Translations under genes and position numbers: made by a program
Shown here: piece after piece, positions 26,944 through 41,685 of the stretch
Layout of the letters: each line of letters starts with the position of its first letter
Position numbering within the stretch: the stretch's first letter is position 1
From: Auanema rhodensis
Taxonomy: Eukaryota > Animalia > Nematoda
Assembly: GCA_964057225.1 (NCBI GenBank)
Contig: OZ059896.1
Coordinates: forward strand, 1,798,001-1,862,000
Reading direction: 5' to 3'
Length of the DNA: 64,000 nucleotides
Notes under the pieces: model-generated
What the model was told of the DNA's origin: nothing
The model's database searches: none
Seen by the model: only the letters and a program-made list of their open reading frames with translations

Positions 26944-29900
26944 TCACCCTGAAGAATTAATTTTTTTGTTGAATAACAATGTCCATCGTCTTTGTCTTGA
27001 AAAAAGGAATCTAAAAACATCTACTTTTTGTGAAATTATTTTGAAATTTTTCGGGAAAATTTTTGTCAAAATGTTTTTGGAAGCAATGTTGAGTGTACAT
27101 GGAAACTCAACATACACTAATGCATCATTTTTCAAACGATCATAACTAATTTTTGTATTGAGTGTTTCCCAATGTAGTATAGTGCATTCGATGTGGATTT
27201 TTAAGCTGCGTCGATCTGTGTTATCAGATTTGCGCTAGCTTGAAAATGCACCGAGATATCAACTGATATAGGTTCACACTTATATCCTCGATTTTCACCG
27301 TGAAGAATTAATTTTTTTGTTGAATAACAATGTCCATCGTCTTTGTCTTGAAAAAAGGAATCTAAAAACATCTACTTTTTGTGAAATTATTTTGAAATTT
27401 TTCGGGAAAATTTTTGTCAAAATGTTTTTGGAAGCATTGTTGAGTGTACATGGAAACTCAACATACACTAATGCATCATTTTTCAAACGATCATAACTAA
27501 TTTTTGTATTGAGCGTTTCTCCATGTAGTATAGTGCATTCGATGCGGATTTTTAAGCTGCGTCGATCTGTGTTATCAGATTTGCGCTAGCTTGAAAATGC
27601 ACCGAGATATCAACTGATATAGGTTCACACTTATATCCTCGATTTTCACCGTGAAGAATTAATTTTTTTGTTGAATAACAATGTCCATCGTCTTTGTCTT
27701 GAAAAAAGGAATCTAAAAACATCTACTTTTTGTGAAATTATTTTGAAATTTTTCGGGAAAATTTTTGTCAAAATGTTTTTGGAAGCATTGTTGAGTGTAC
27801 ATGGAAACTCAACATACACTAATGCATCATTTTTCAAACGATCATAACTAATTTTTGTATTGAGTGTTTCCCAATGTAGTATAGTGCATTCGATGTGGAT
27901 TTTTAAGCTGCGTCGATCTGTGTTATCAGATTTGCGCTAGCTTAAAAATGCACCGAGATATCAACTGATATAAGTTCACACTTATATCCTCGATTTTCAC
28001 CCTGAAGAATTAATTTTTTTGTTGAATAACAATGTCCATCGTCTTTGTCTTGAAAAAAGGAATCTAAAAACATCTACTTTTTGTGAAATTATTTTGAAAT
28101 TTTTCGGGAAAATTTTTGTCAAAATGTTTTTGGAAGCAATGTTGAGTGTACATGGAAACTCAACATACACTAATGCATCATTTTTCAAACGATCATAACT
28201 AATTTTTGTATTGAGTGTTTCCCAATGTAGTATAGTGCATTCGATGTGGATTTTTAAGCTGCGTCGATCTGTGTTATCAGATTTGCGCTAGCTTGAAAAT
28301 GCACCGAGATATCAACTGATATAGGTTCACACTTATATCCTCGATTTTCACCGTGAAGAATTAATTTTTTTGTTGAATAACAATGTCCATCGTCTTTGTC
28401 TTGAAAAAAGGAATCTAAAAACATCTACTTTTTGTGAAATTATTTTGAAATTTTTCGGGAAAATTTTTGTCAAAATGTTTTTGGAAGCATTGTTGAGTGT
28501 ACATGGAAACTCAACATACACTAATGCATCATTTTTCAAACGATCATAACTAATTTTTGTATTGAGCGTTTCTCCATGTAGTATAGTGCATTCGATGCGG
28601 ATTTTTAAGCTGCGTCGATCTGTGTTATCAGATTTGCGCTAGCTTGAAAATGCACCGAGATATCAACTGATATAGGTTCACACTTATATCCTCGATTTTC
28701 ACCGTGAAGAATTAATTTTTTTGTTGAATAACAATGTCCATCGTCTTTGTCTTGAAAAAAGGAATCTAAAAACATCTACTTTTTGTGAAATTATTTTGAA
28801 ATTTTTCGGGAAAATTTTTGTCAAAATGTTTTTGGAAGCATTGTTGAGTGTACATGGAAACTCAACATACACTAATGCATCATTTTTCAAACGATCATAA
28901 CTAATTTTTGTATTGAGTGTTTCCCAATGTAGTATAGTGCATTCGATGTGGATTTTTAAGCTGCGTCGATCTGTGTTATCAGATTTGCGCTAGCTTAAAA
29001 ATGCACCGAGATATCAACTGATATAAGTTCACACTTATATCCTCGATTTTCACCCTGAAGAATTAATTTTTTTGTTGAATAACAATGTCCATCGTCTTTG
29101 TCTTGAAAAAAGGAATCTAAAAACATCTACTTTTTGTGAAATTATTTTGAAATTTTTCGGGAAAATTTTTGTCAAAATGTTTTTGGAAGCAATGTTGAGT
29201 GTACATGGAAACTCAACATACACTAATGCATCATTTTTCAAACGATCATAACTAATTTTTGTATTGAGTGTTTCCCAATGTAGTATAGTGCATTCGATGT
29301 GGATTTTTAAGCTGCGTCGATCTGTGTTATCAGATTTGCGCTAGCTTGAAAATGCACCGAGATATCAACTGATATAGGTTCACACTTATATCCTCGATTT
29401 TCACCGTGAAGAATTAATTTTTTTGTTGAATAACAATGTCCATCGTCTTTGTCTTGAAAAAAGGAATCTAAAAACATCTACTTTTTGTGAAATTATTTTG
29501 AAATTTTTCGGGAAAATTTTTGTCAAAATGTTTTTGGAAGCATTGTTGAGTGTACATGGAAACTCAACATACACTAATGCATCATTTTTCAAACGATCAT
29601 AACTAATTTTTGTATTGAGCGTTTCTCCATGTAGTATAGTGCATTCGATGCGGATTTTTAAGCTGCGTCGATCTGTGTTATCAGATTTGCGCTAGCTTGA
29701 AAATGCACCGAGATATCAACTGATATAGGTTCACACTTATATCCTCGATTTTCACCGTGAAGAATTAATTTTTTTGTTGAATAACAATGTCCATCGTCTT
29801 TGTCTTGAAAAAAGGAATCTAAAAACATCTACTTTTTGTGAAATTATTTTGAAATTTTTCGGGAAAATTTTTGTCAAAATGTTTTTGGAAGCATTGTTGA

Positions 29901-31155
29901 GTGTACATGGAAACTCAACATACACTAATGCATCATTTTTCAAACGATCATAACTAATTTTTGTATTGAGTGTTTCCCAATGTAGTATAGTGCATTCGAT
30001 GTGGATTTTTAAGCTGCGTCGATCTGTGTTATCAGATTTGCGCTAGCTTAAAAATGCACCGAGATATCAACTGATATAAGTTCACACTTATATCCTCGAT
30101 TTTCACCCTGAAGAATTAATTTTTTTGTTGAATAACAATGTCCATCGTCTTTGTCTTGAAAAAAGGAATCTAAAAACATCTACTTTTTGTGAAATTATTT
30201 TGAAATTTTTCGGGAAAATTTTTGTCAAAATGTTTTTGGAAGCAATGTTGAGTGTACATGGAAACTCAACATACACTAATGCATCATTTTTCAAACGATC
30301 ATAACTAATTTTTGTATTGAGTGTTTCCCAATGTAGTATAGTGCATTCGATGTGGATTTTTAAGCTGCGTCGATCTGTGTTATCAGATTTGCGCTAGCTT
30401 GAAAATGCACCGAGATATCAACTGATATAGGTTCACACTTATATCCTCGATTTTCACCGTGAAGAATTAATTTTTTTGTTGAATAACAATGTCCATCGTC
30501 TTTGTCTTGAAAAAAGGAATCTAAAAACATCTACTTTTTGTGAAATTATTTTGAAATTTTTCGGGAAAATTTTTGTCAAAATGTTTTTGGAAGCATTGTT
30601 GAGTGTACATGGAAACTCAACATACACTAATGCATCATTTTTCAAACGATCATAACTAATTTTTGTATTGAGCGTTTCTCCATGTAGTATAGTGCATTCG
30701 ATGCGGATTTTTAAGCTGCGTCGATCTGTGTTATCAGATTTGCGCTAGCTTGAAAATGCACCGAGATATCAACTGATATAGGTTCACACTTATATCCTCG
30801 ATTTTCACCGTGAAGAATTAATTTTTTTGTTGAATAACAATGTCCATCGTCTTTGTCTTGAAAAAAGGAATCTAAAAACATCTACTTTTTGTGAAATTAT
30901 TTTGAAATTTTTCGGGAAAATTTTTGTCAAAATGTTTTTGGAAGCATTGTTGAGTGTACATGGAAACTCAACATACATTAATGCATCATTTTTCAAACGA
31001 TCATAACTAATTTTTGTATTGAGCGTTTCTCCATGTAGTATAGTGCATTCGATGCGGATTTTTAAGCTGCGTCGATCTGTGTTATCAGATTTGCGCTAGC
31101 TTGAAAATGCACCGAGATATCAACTGATATAGGTTCACACTTATATCCTCGATTT
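26944..31155. repeat. Trimer higher-order repeat (1053 bp x 4)
   Basis: The barcode NI..SSG / NN..SSR / NN..SSR repeats at 26944, 27997, 29050 and 30103 with matching non-ORF alleles. Divergence appears only in the last monomer (30805). Confidence 0.9.
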
Positions 31156-34100
31156 TCACCCTGAAGATTTAATTTTTTCGTTGAATAACATTGTCCATCG
31201 TCTTTGTCTTGAAGAAAGGAATCTAAAAACATCTACTTTTTGTGAAATTATTTTGAAATTTTTCGGGAAAATTTTTGTCAAAATGTTTTTGGAAGCAATG
31301 TTGAGTGTACATGGAAACTCAACATACACTAATGCATCATTTTTCAAACGATCATAACTAATTTTTGTATTGAGCGTTTCTCCATGTAGTATAGTGCATT
31401 CGATGCGGATTTTTAAGCTGCGTCGATCTGTGTTATCAGATTTGCGCTAGCTTGAAAATGCACCGAGATATCAACTGATATAGGTTCACACTTATATCCT
31501 CGATTTTCACCGTGAAGAATTAATTTTTTCGTTGAATAACAATGTCCATCGTCTTTGTCTTGAAAAAAGGAATCTAAAAACATCTACTTTTTGTGAATTT
31601 ATTTTGAAATTTTTCGGGAAAATGTTTGTCAAAATGTTTTTGGAAGCAATGTTGAGTGTACATGGAAACTCAACATACACTAATGCATCATTTTTCAAAC
31701 AATCATAACTAATTTTTGTATTGAGTGTTTCCCAATGTAGTATAGTGCATTCGATGTGGATTTTTAAGCTGCGTCGATCTGTGTTATCAGATTTGCGCTA
31801 GCTTAAAAATGCACCGAGATATCAACTGATATAAGTTCACACTTATATCCTCGATTTTCACCCTGAAGAATTAATTTTTTTGTTGAATAACAATGTCCAT
31901 CGTCTTTGTCTTGAAAAAAGGAATCTAAAAACATCTACTTTTTGTGAAATTATTTTGAAATTTTTCGGGAAAATTTTTGTCAAAATGTTTTTGGAAGCAT
32001 TGTTGAGTGTACATGAAAACTCAACATACACTAATGCATCATTTTTCAAACGATCATAACTAATTTTTGTATTGAGTGTTTCCCAATGTAGTATAGTGCA
32101 TTCGATGTGGATTTTTAAGCTGCGTCGATCTGTGTTATCAGATTTGCGCTAGCTTAAAAATGCACCGAGATATCAACTGATATAAGTTCACACTTATATC
32201 CTCGATTTTCACCCTGAAGAATTAATTTTTTTGTTGAATAACAATGTCCATCGTCTTTGTCTTGAAAAAAGGAATCTAAAAACATCTACTTTTTGTGAAA
32301 TTATTTTGAAATTTTTCGGGAAAATTTTTGTCAAAATGTTTTTGGAAGCAATGTTGAGTGTACATGGAAACTCAACATACACTAATGCATCATTTTTCAA
32401 ACGATCATAACTAATTTTTGTATTGAGTGTTTCCCAATGTAGTATAGTGCATTCGATGTGGATTTTTAAGCTGCGTCGATCTGTGTTATCAGATTTGCGC
32501 TAGCTTGAAAATGCACCGAGATATCAACTGATATAGGTTCACACTTATATCCTCGATTTTCACCGTGAAGAATTAATTTTTTTGTTGAATAACAATGTCC
32601 ATCGTCTTTGTCTTGAAAAAAGGAATCTAAAAACATCTACTTTTTGTGAAATTATTTTGAAATTTTTCGGGAAAATTTTTGTCAAAATGTTTTTGGAAGC
32701 ATTGTTGAGTGTACATGGAAACTCAACATACACTAATGCATCATTTTTCAAACGATCATAACTAATTTTTGTATTGAGCGTTTCTCCATGTAGTATAGTG
32801 CATTCGATGCGGATTTTTAAGCTGCGTCGATCTGTGTTATCAGATTTGCGCTAGCTTGAAAATGCACCGAGATATCAACTGATATAGGTTCACACTTATA
32901 TCCTCGATTTTCACCGTGAAGAATTAATTTTTTTGTTGAATAACAATGTCCATCGTCTTTGTCTTGAAAAAAGGAATCTAAAAACATCTACTTTTTGTGA
33001 AATTATTTTGAAATTTTTCGGGAAAATTTTTGTCAAAATGTTTTTGGAAGCATTGTTGAGTGTACATGGAAACTCAACATACACTAATGCATCATTTTTC
33101 AAACGATCATAACTAATTTTTGTATTGAGTGTTTCCCAATGTAGTATAGTGCATTCGATGTGGATTTTTAAGCTGCGTCGATCTGTGTTATCAGATTTGC
33201 GCTAGCTTAAAAATGCACCGAGATATCAACTGATATAAGTTCACACTTATATCCTCGATTTTCACCCTGAAGAATTAATTTTTTTGTTGAATAACAATGT
33301 CCATCGTCTTTGTCTTGAAAAAAGGAATCTAAAAACATCTACTTTTTGTGAAATTATTTTGAAATTTTTCGGGAAAATTTTTGTCAAAATGTTTTTGGAA
33401 GCAATGTTGAGTGTACATGGAAACTCAACATACACTAATGCATCATTTTTCAAACGATCATAACTAATTTTTGTATTGAGTGTTTCCCAATGTAGTATAG
33501 TGCATTCGATGTGGATTTTTAAGCTGCGTCGATCTGTGTTATCAGATTTGCGCTAGCTTAAAAATGCACCGAGATATCAACTGATATAAGTTCACACTTA
33601 TATCCTCGATTTTCACCCTGAAGAATTAATTTTTTTGTTGAATAACAATGTCCATCGTCTTTGTCTTGAAAAAAGGAATCTAAAAACATCTACTTTTTGT
33701 GAAATTATTTTGAAATTTTTCGGGAAAATTTTTGTCAAAATGTTTTTGGAAGCAATGTTGAGTGTACATGGAAACTCAACATACACTAATGCATCATTTT
33801 TCAAACGATCATAACTAATTTTTGTATTGAGCGTTTCTCCATGTAGTATAGTGCATTCGATGCGGATTTTTAAGCTGCGTCGATCTGTGTTATCAGATTT
33901 GCGCTAGCTTGAAAATGCACCGAGATATCAACTGATATAGGTTCACACTTATATCCTCGATTTTCACCGTGAAGAATTAATTTTTTCGTTGAATAACAAT
34001 GTCCATCGTCTTTGTCTTGAAAAAAGGAATCTAAAAACATCTACTTTTTGTAAATTTATTCTGAAATTTTTCGGGAAAATGTTTGTCAAAATGTTTTTGG

Positions 34101-36069
34101 AAGCAATGTTGAGTGTACATGGAAACTCAACATACACTAATGCATCATTTTTCAAACGATCATAACTAATTTTTGTATTGAGTGTTTCCCAATGTAGTAT
34201 AGTGCATTCGATGTGGATTTTTAAGCTGCGTCGATCTGTGTTATCAGATTTGCGCTAGCTTGAAAATGCACCGAGATATCAACTGATATAGGTTCACACT
34301 TATATCCTCGATTTTCACCGTGAAGAATTAATTTTTTTGTTGAATAACAATGTCCATCGTCTTTGTCTTGAAAAAAGGAATCTAAAAACATCTACTTTTT
34401 GTGAAATTATTTTGAAATTTTTCGGGAAAATTTTTGTCAAAATGTTTTTGGAAGCATTGTTGAGTGTACATGGAAACTCAACATACACTAATGCATCATT
34501 TTTCAAACGATCATAACTAATTTTTGTATTGAGCGTTTCTCCATGTAGTATAGTGCATTCGATGCGGATTTTTAAGCTGCGTCGATCTGTGTTATCAGAT
34601 TTGCGCTAGCTTGAAAATGCACCGAGATATCAACTGATATAGGTTCACACTTATATCCTCGATTTTCACCGTGAAGAATTAATTTTTTCGTTGAATAACA
34701 ATGTCCATCGTCTTTGTCTTGAAAAAAGGAATCTAAAAACATCTACTTTTTGTAAATTTATTCTGAAATTTTTCGGGAAAATGTTTGTCAAAATGTTTTT
34801 GGAAGCAATGTTGAGTGTACATGGAAACTCAACATACACTAATGCATCATTTTTCAAACGATCATAACTAATTTTTGTATTGAGTGTTTCCCAATGTAGT
34901 ATAGTGCATTCGATGTGGATTTTTAAGCTGCGTCGATCTGTGTTATCAGATTTGCGCTAGCTTGAAAATGCACCGAGATATCAACTGATATAGGTTCACA
35001 CTTATATCCTCGATTTTCACCGTGAAGAATTAATTTTTTTGTTGAATAACAATGTCCATCGTCTTTGTCTTGAAAAAAGGAATCTAAAAACATCTACTTT
35101 TTGTGAAATTATTTTGAAATTTTTCGGGAAAATTTTTGTCAAAATGTTTTTGGAAGCATTGTTGAGTGTACATGGAAACTCAACATACACTAATGCATCA
35201 TTTTTCAAACGATCATAACTAATTTTTGTATTGAGCGTTTCTCCATGTAGTATAGTGCATTCGATGCGGATTTTTAAGCTGCGTCGATCTGTGTTATCAG
35301 ATTTGCGCTAGCTTGAAAATGCACCGAGATATCAACTGATATAGGTTCACACTTATATCCTCGATTTTCACCGTGAAGAATTAATTTTTTTGTTGAATAA
35401 CAATGTCCATCGTCTTTGTCTTGAAAAAAGGAATCTAAAAACATCTACTTTTTGTGAAATTATTTTGAAATTTTTCGGGAAAATTTTTGTCAAAATGTTT
35501 TTGGAAGCATTGTTGAGTGTACATGGAAACTCAACATACACTAATGCATCATTTTTCAAACGATCATAACTAATTTTTGTATTGAGCGTTTCTCCATGTA
35601 GTATAGTGCATTCGATGCGGATTTTTAAGCTGCGTCGATCTGTGTTATCAGATTTGCGCTAGCTTGAAAATGCACCGAGATATCAACTGATATAGGTTCA
35701 CACTTATATCCTCGATTTTCACCCTGAAGATTTAATTTTTTCGTTGAATAACATTGTCCATCGTCTTTGTCTTGAAGAAAGGAATCTAAAAACATCTACT
35801 TTTTGTGAAATTATTTTGAAATTTTTCGGGAAAATTTTTGTCAAAATGTTTTTGGAAGCATTGTTGAGTGTACATGAAAACTCAACATACACTAATGCAT
35901 CATTTTTCAAACGATCATAACTAATTTTTGTGATGAGCGTTTCCCAATGTAGTATAGTGCATTCGATGTGGATTTTTAAGCTGCGTCGATCTGTGTTATC
36001 AGATTTGCGCTAGCTTGAAAATGCACCGAGATATCAACTGATATAGGTTCACACTTATATCCTCGATTT

Positions 36070-39000
36070 TCACCGTGAAGAATTAATTTTTTTGTTGAAT
36101 AACAATGTCCATCGTCTTTGTCTTGAAAAAAGGAATCTAAAAACATCTACTTTTTGTGAAATTATTTTGAAATTTTTCGGGAAAATTTTTGTCAAAATGT
36201 TTTTGGAAGCATTGTTGAGTGTACATGGAAACTCAACATACACTAATGCATCATTTTTCAAACGATCATAACTAATTTTTGTATTGAGCGTTTCTCCATG
36301 TAGTATAGTGCATTCGATGCGGATTTTTAAGCTGCGTCGATCTGTGTTATCAGATTTGCGCTAGCTTGAAAATGCACCGAGATATCAACTGATATAGGTT
36401 CACACTTATATCCTCGATTTTCACCGTGAAGAATTAATTTTTTTGTTGAATAACAATGTCCATCGTCTTTGTCTTGAAAAAAGGAATCTAAAAACATCTA
36501 CTTTTTGTGAAATTATTTTGAAATTTTTCGGGAAAATTTTTGTCAAAATGTTTTTGGAAGCATTGTTGAGTGTACATGGAAACTCAACATACACTAATGC
36601 ATCATTTTTCAAACGATCATAACTAATTTTTGTATTGAGCGTTTCTCCATGTAGTATAGTGCATTCGATGCGGATTTTTAAGCTGCGTCGATCTGTGTTA
36701 TCAGATTTGCGCTAGCTTGAAAATGCACCGAGATATCAACTGATATAGGTTCACACTTATATCCTCGATTTTCACCCTGAAGATTTAATTTTTTCGTTGA
36801 ATAACATTGTCCATCGTCTTTGTCTTGAAGAAAGGAATCTAAAAACATCTACTTTTTGTGAAATTATTTTGAAATTTTTCGGGAAAATTTTTGTCAAAAT
36901 GTTTTTGGAAGCATTGTTGAGTGTACATGAAAACTCAACATACACTAATGCATCATTTTTCAAACGATCATAACTAATTTTTGTGATGAGCGTTTCTCCA
37001 TGTAGTATAGTGCATTCGATGCGGATTTTTAAGCTGCGTCGATCTGTGTTATCAGATTTGCGCTAGCTTAAAAATGCACCGAGATATCAACTGATATAAG
37101 TTCACACTTATATCCTCGATTTTCACCGTGAAGAATTAATTTTTTTGTTGAATAACAATGTCCATCGTCTTTGTCTTGAAAAAAGGAATCTAAAAACATC
37201 TACTTTTTGTGAAATTATTTTGAAATTTTTCGTGAAAATTTTTGTCAAAATGTTTTTGGAAGCATTGGTGAGTGTACATGGAAACTCAACATACACTAAT
37301 GCATCATTTTTCAAACGATCATAACTAATTTTTGTATTGAGCGTTTCTCCATGTAGTATAGTGCATTCGATGCGGATTTTTAAGCTGCGTCGATCTGTGT
37401 TATCAGATTTGCGCTAGCTTGAAAATGCACCGAGATATCAACTGATATAGGTTCACACTTATATCCTCGATTTTCACCGTGAAGAATTAATTTTTTTGTT
37501 GAATAACAATGTCCATCGTCTTTGTCTTGAAAAAAGGAATCTAAAAACATCTACTTTTTGTGAAATTATTTTGAAATTTTTCGGGAAAATTTTTGTCAAA
37601 ATGTTTTTGGAAGCATTGTTGAGTGTACATGAAAACTCAACATACACTAATGCATCATTTTTCAAACGATCATAACTAATTTTTGTATTGAGTGTTTCCC
37701 AATGTAGTATAGTGCATTCGATGTGGATTTTTAAGCTGCGTCGATCTGTGTTATCAGATTTGCGCTAGCTTGAAAATGCACCGAGATATCAACTGATATA
37801 GGTTCACACTTATATCCTCGATTTTCACCGTGAAGAATTAATTTTTTCGTTGAATAACAATGTCCATCGTCTTTGTCTTGAAAAAAGGAATCTAAAAACA
37901 TCTACTTTTTGTGAATTTATTCTGAAATTTTTCGGGAAAATGTTTGTCAAAATGTTTTTGGAAGCAATGTTGAGTGTACATGGAAACTCAACATACACTA
38001 ATGCATCATTTTTCAAACAATCATAACTAATTTTTGTATTGAGTGTTTCCCAATGTAGTATAGTGCATTCGATGTGGATTTTTAAGCTGCGTCGATCTGT
38101 GTTATCAGATTTGCGCTAGCTTAAAAATGCACCGAGATATCAACTGATATAAGTTCACACTTATATCCTCGATTTTCACCCTGAAGAATTAATTTTTTTG
38201 TTGAATAACAATGTCCATCGTCTTTGTCTTGAAAAAAGGAATCTAAAAACATCTACTTTTTGTGAAATTATTTTGAAATTTTTCGGGAAAATTTTTGTCA
38301 AAATGTTTTTGGAAGCATTGTTGAGTGTACATGAAAACTCAACATACACTAATGCATCATTTTTCAAACGATCATAACTAATTTTTGTATTGAGTGTTTC
38401 CCAATGTAGTATAGTGCATTCGATGTGGATTTTTAAGCTGCGTCGATCTGTGTTATCAGATTTGCGCTAGCTTAAAAATGCACCGAGATATCAACTGATA
38501 TAAGTTCACACTTATATCCTCGATTTTCACCCTGAAGAATTAATTTTTTTGTTGAATAACAATGTCCATCGTCTTTGTCTTGAAAAAAGGAATCTAAAAA
38601 CATCTACTTTTTGTGAAATTATTTTGAAATTTTTCGGGAAAATTTTTGTCAAAATGTTTTTGGAAGCAATGTTGAGTGTACATGGAAACTCAACATACAC
38701 TAATGCATCATTTTTCAAACGATCATAACTAATTTTTGTATTGAGTGTTTCCCAATGTAGTATAGTGCATTCGATGTGGATTTTTAAGCTGCGTCGATCT
38801 GTGTTATCAGATTTGCGCTAGCTTGAAAATGCACCGAGATATCAACTGATATAGGTTCACACTTATATCCTCGATTTTCACCGTGAAGAATTAATTTTTT
38901 TGTTGAATAACAATGTCCATCGTCTTTGTCTTGAAAAAAGGAATCTAAAAACATCTACTTTTTGTGAAATTATTTTGAAATTTTTCGGGAAAATTTTTGT

Positions 39001-41685
39001 CAAAATGTTTTTGGAAGCATTGTTGAGTGTACATGGAAACTCAACATACACTAATGCATCATTTTTCAAACGATCATAACTAATTTTTGTATTGAGCGTT
39101 TCTCCATGTAGTATAGTGCATTCGATGCGGATTTTTAAGCTGCGTCGATCTGTGTTATCAGATTTGCGCTAGCTTGAAAATGCACCGAGATATCAACTGA
39201 TATAGGTTCACACTTATATCCTCGATTTTCACCGTGAAGAATTAATTTTTTTGTTGAATAACAATGTCCATCGTCTTTGTCTTGAAAAAAGGAATCTAAA
39301 AACATCTACTTTTTGTGAAATTATTTTGAAATTTTTCGGGAAAATTTTTGTCAAAATGTTTTTGGAAGCATTGTTGAGTGTACATGGAAACTCAACATAC
39401 ACTAATGCATCATTTTTCAAACGATCATAACTAATTTTTGTATTGAGCGTTTCTCCATGTAGTATAGTGCATTCGATACGGATTTTTAAGCTGCGTCGAT
39501 CTGTGTTATCAGATTTGCGCTAGCTTGAAAATGCACCGAGATATCAACTGATATAGGTTCACACTTATATCCTCGATTTTCACCCTGAAGATTTAATTTT
39601 TTCGTTGAATAACATTGTCCATCGTCTTTGTCTTGAAGAAAGGAATCTAAAAACATCTACTTTTTGTGAAATTATTTTGAAATTTTTCGGGAAAATTTTT
39701 GTCAAAATGTTTTTGGAAGCATTGTTGAGTGTACATGAAAACTCAACATACACTAATGCATCATTTTTCAAACGATCATAACTAATTTTTGTGATGAGCG
39801 TTTCTCCATGTAGTATAGTGCATTCGATGCGGATTTTTAAGCTGCGTCGATCTGTGTTATCAGATTTGCGCTAGCTTAAAAATGCACCGAGATATCAACT
39901 GATATAAGTTCACACTTATATCCTCGATTTTCACCGTGAAGAATTAATTTTTTTGTTGAATAACAATGTCCATCGTCTTTGTCTTGAAAAAAGGAATCTA
40001 AAAACATCTACTTTTTGTGAAATTATTTTGAAATTTTTCGTGAAAATTTTTGTCAAAATGTTTTTGGAAGCATTGGTGAGTGTACATGGAAACTCAACAT
40101 ACACTAATGCATCATTTTTCAAACGATCATAACTAATTTTTGTATTGAGCGTTTCTCCATGTAGTATAGTGCATTCGATGCGGATTTTTAAGCTGCGTCG
40201 ATCTGTGTTATCAGATTTGCGCTAGCTTGAAAATGCACCGAGATATCAACTGATATAGGTTCACACTTATATCCTCGATTTTCACCGTGAAGAATTAATT
40301 TTTTTGTTGAATAACAATGTCCATCGTCTTTGTCTTGAAAAAAGGAATCTAAAAACATCTACTTTTTGTGAAATTATTTTGAAATTTTTCGGGAAAATTT
40401 TTGTCAAAATGTTTTTGGAAGCATTGTTGAGTGTACATGAAAACTCAACATACACTAATGCATCATTTTTCAAACGATCATAACTAATTTTTGTATTGAG
40501 TGTTTCCCAATGTAGTATAGTGCATTCGATGTGGATTTTTAAGCTGCGTCGATCTGTGTTATCAGATTTGCGCTAGCTTGAAAATGCACCGAGATATCAA
40601 CTGATATAGGTTCACACTTATATCCTCGATTTTCACCGTGAAGAATTAATTTTTTCGTTGAATAACAATGTCCATCGTCTTTGTCTTAAAAAAAGGAATC
40701 TAAAAACATCTACTTTTTGTGAATTTATTCTGAAATTTTTCGGGAAAATGTTTGTCAAAATGTTTTTGGAAGGAATGTTGAGTGTACATGGAAACTCAAC
40801 ATACACTAATGCATCATTTTTCAAACAATCATAACTAATTTTTGTATTGAGTGTTTCCCAATGTAGTATAGTGCATTCGATGTGGATTTTTAAGCTGCGT
40901 CGATCTGTGTTATCAGATTTGCGCTAGCTTAAAAATGCACCGAGATATCAACTGATATAAGTTCACACTTATATCCTCGATTTTCACCCTGAAGAATTAA
41001 TTTTTTTGTTGAATAACAATGTCCATCGTCTTTGTCTTGAAAAAAGGAATCTAAAAACATCTACTTTTTGTGAAATTATTTTGAAATTTTTCGGGAAAAT
41101 TTTTGTCAAAATGTTTTTGGAAGCATTGTTGAGTGTACATGAAAACTCAACATACACTAATGCATCATTTTTCAAACGATCATAACTAATTTTTGTATTG
41201 AGTGTTTCCCAATGTAGTATAGTGCATTCGATGTGGATTTTTAAGCTGCGTCGATCTGTGTTATCAGATTTGCGCTAGCTTAAAAATGCACCGAGATATC
41301 AACTGATATAAGTTCACACTTATATCCTCGATTTTCACCCTGAAGAATTAATTTTTTTGTTGAATAACAATGTCCATCGTCTTTGTCTTGAAAAAAGGAA
41401 TCTAAAAACATCTACTTTTTGTGAAATTATTTTGAAATTTTTCGGGAAAATTTTTGTCAAAATGTTTTTGGAAGCAATGTTGAGTGTACATGGAAACTCA
41501 ACATACACTAATGCATCATTTTTCAAACGATCATAACTAATTTTTGTATTGAGTGTTTCCCAATGTAGTATAGTGCATTCGATGTGGATTTTTAAGCTGC
41601 GTCGATCTGTGTTATCAGATTTGCGCTAGCTTGAAAATGCACCGAGATATCAACTGATATAGGTTCACACTTATATCCTCGATTT
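36070..41685. repeat. Higher-order duplication of 8 monomers (2808 bp x 2)
   Basis: gcattgGtgag occurs only in monomers 37123 and 39931. All eight barcodes are collinear, and the second copy has private changes in monomer 40633. Confidence 0.9.
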
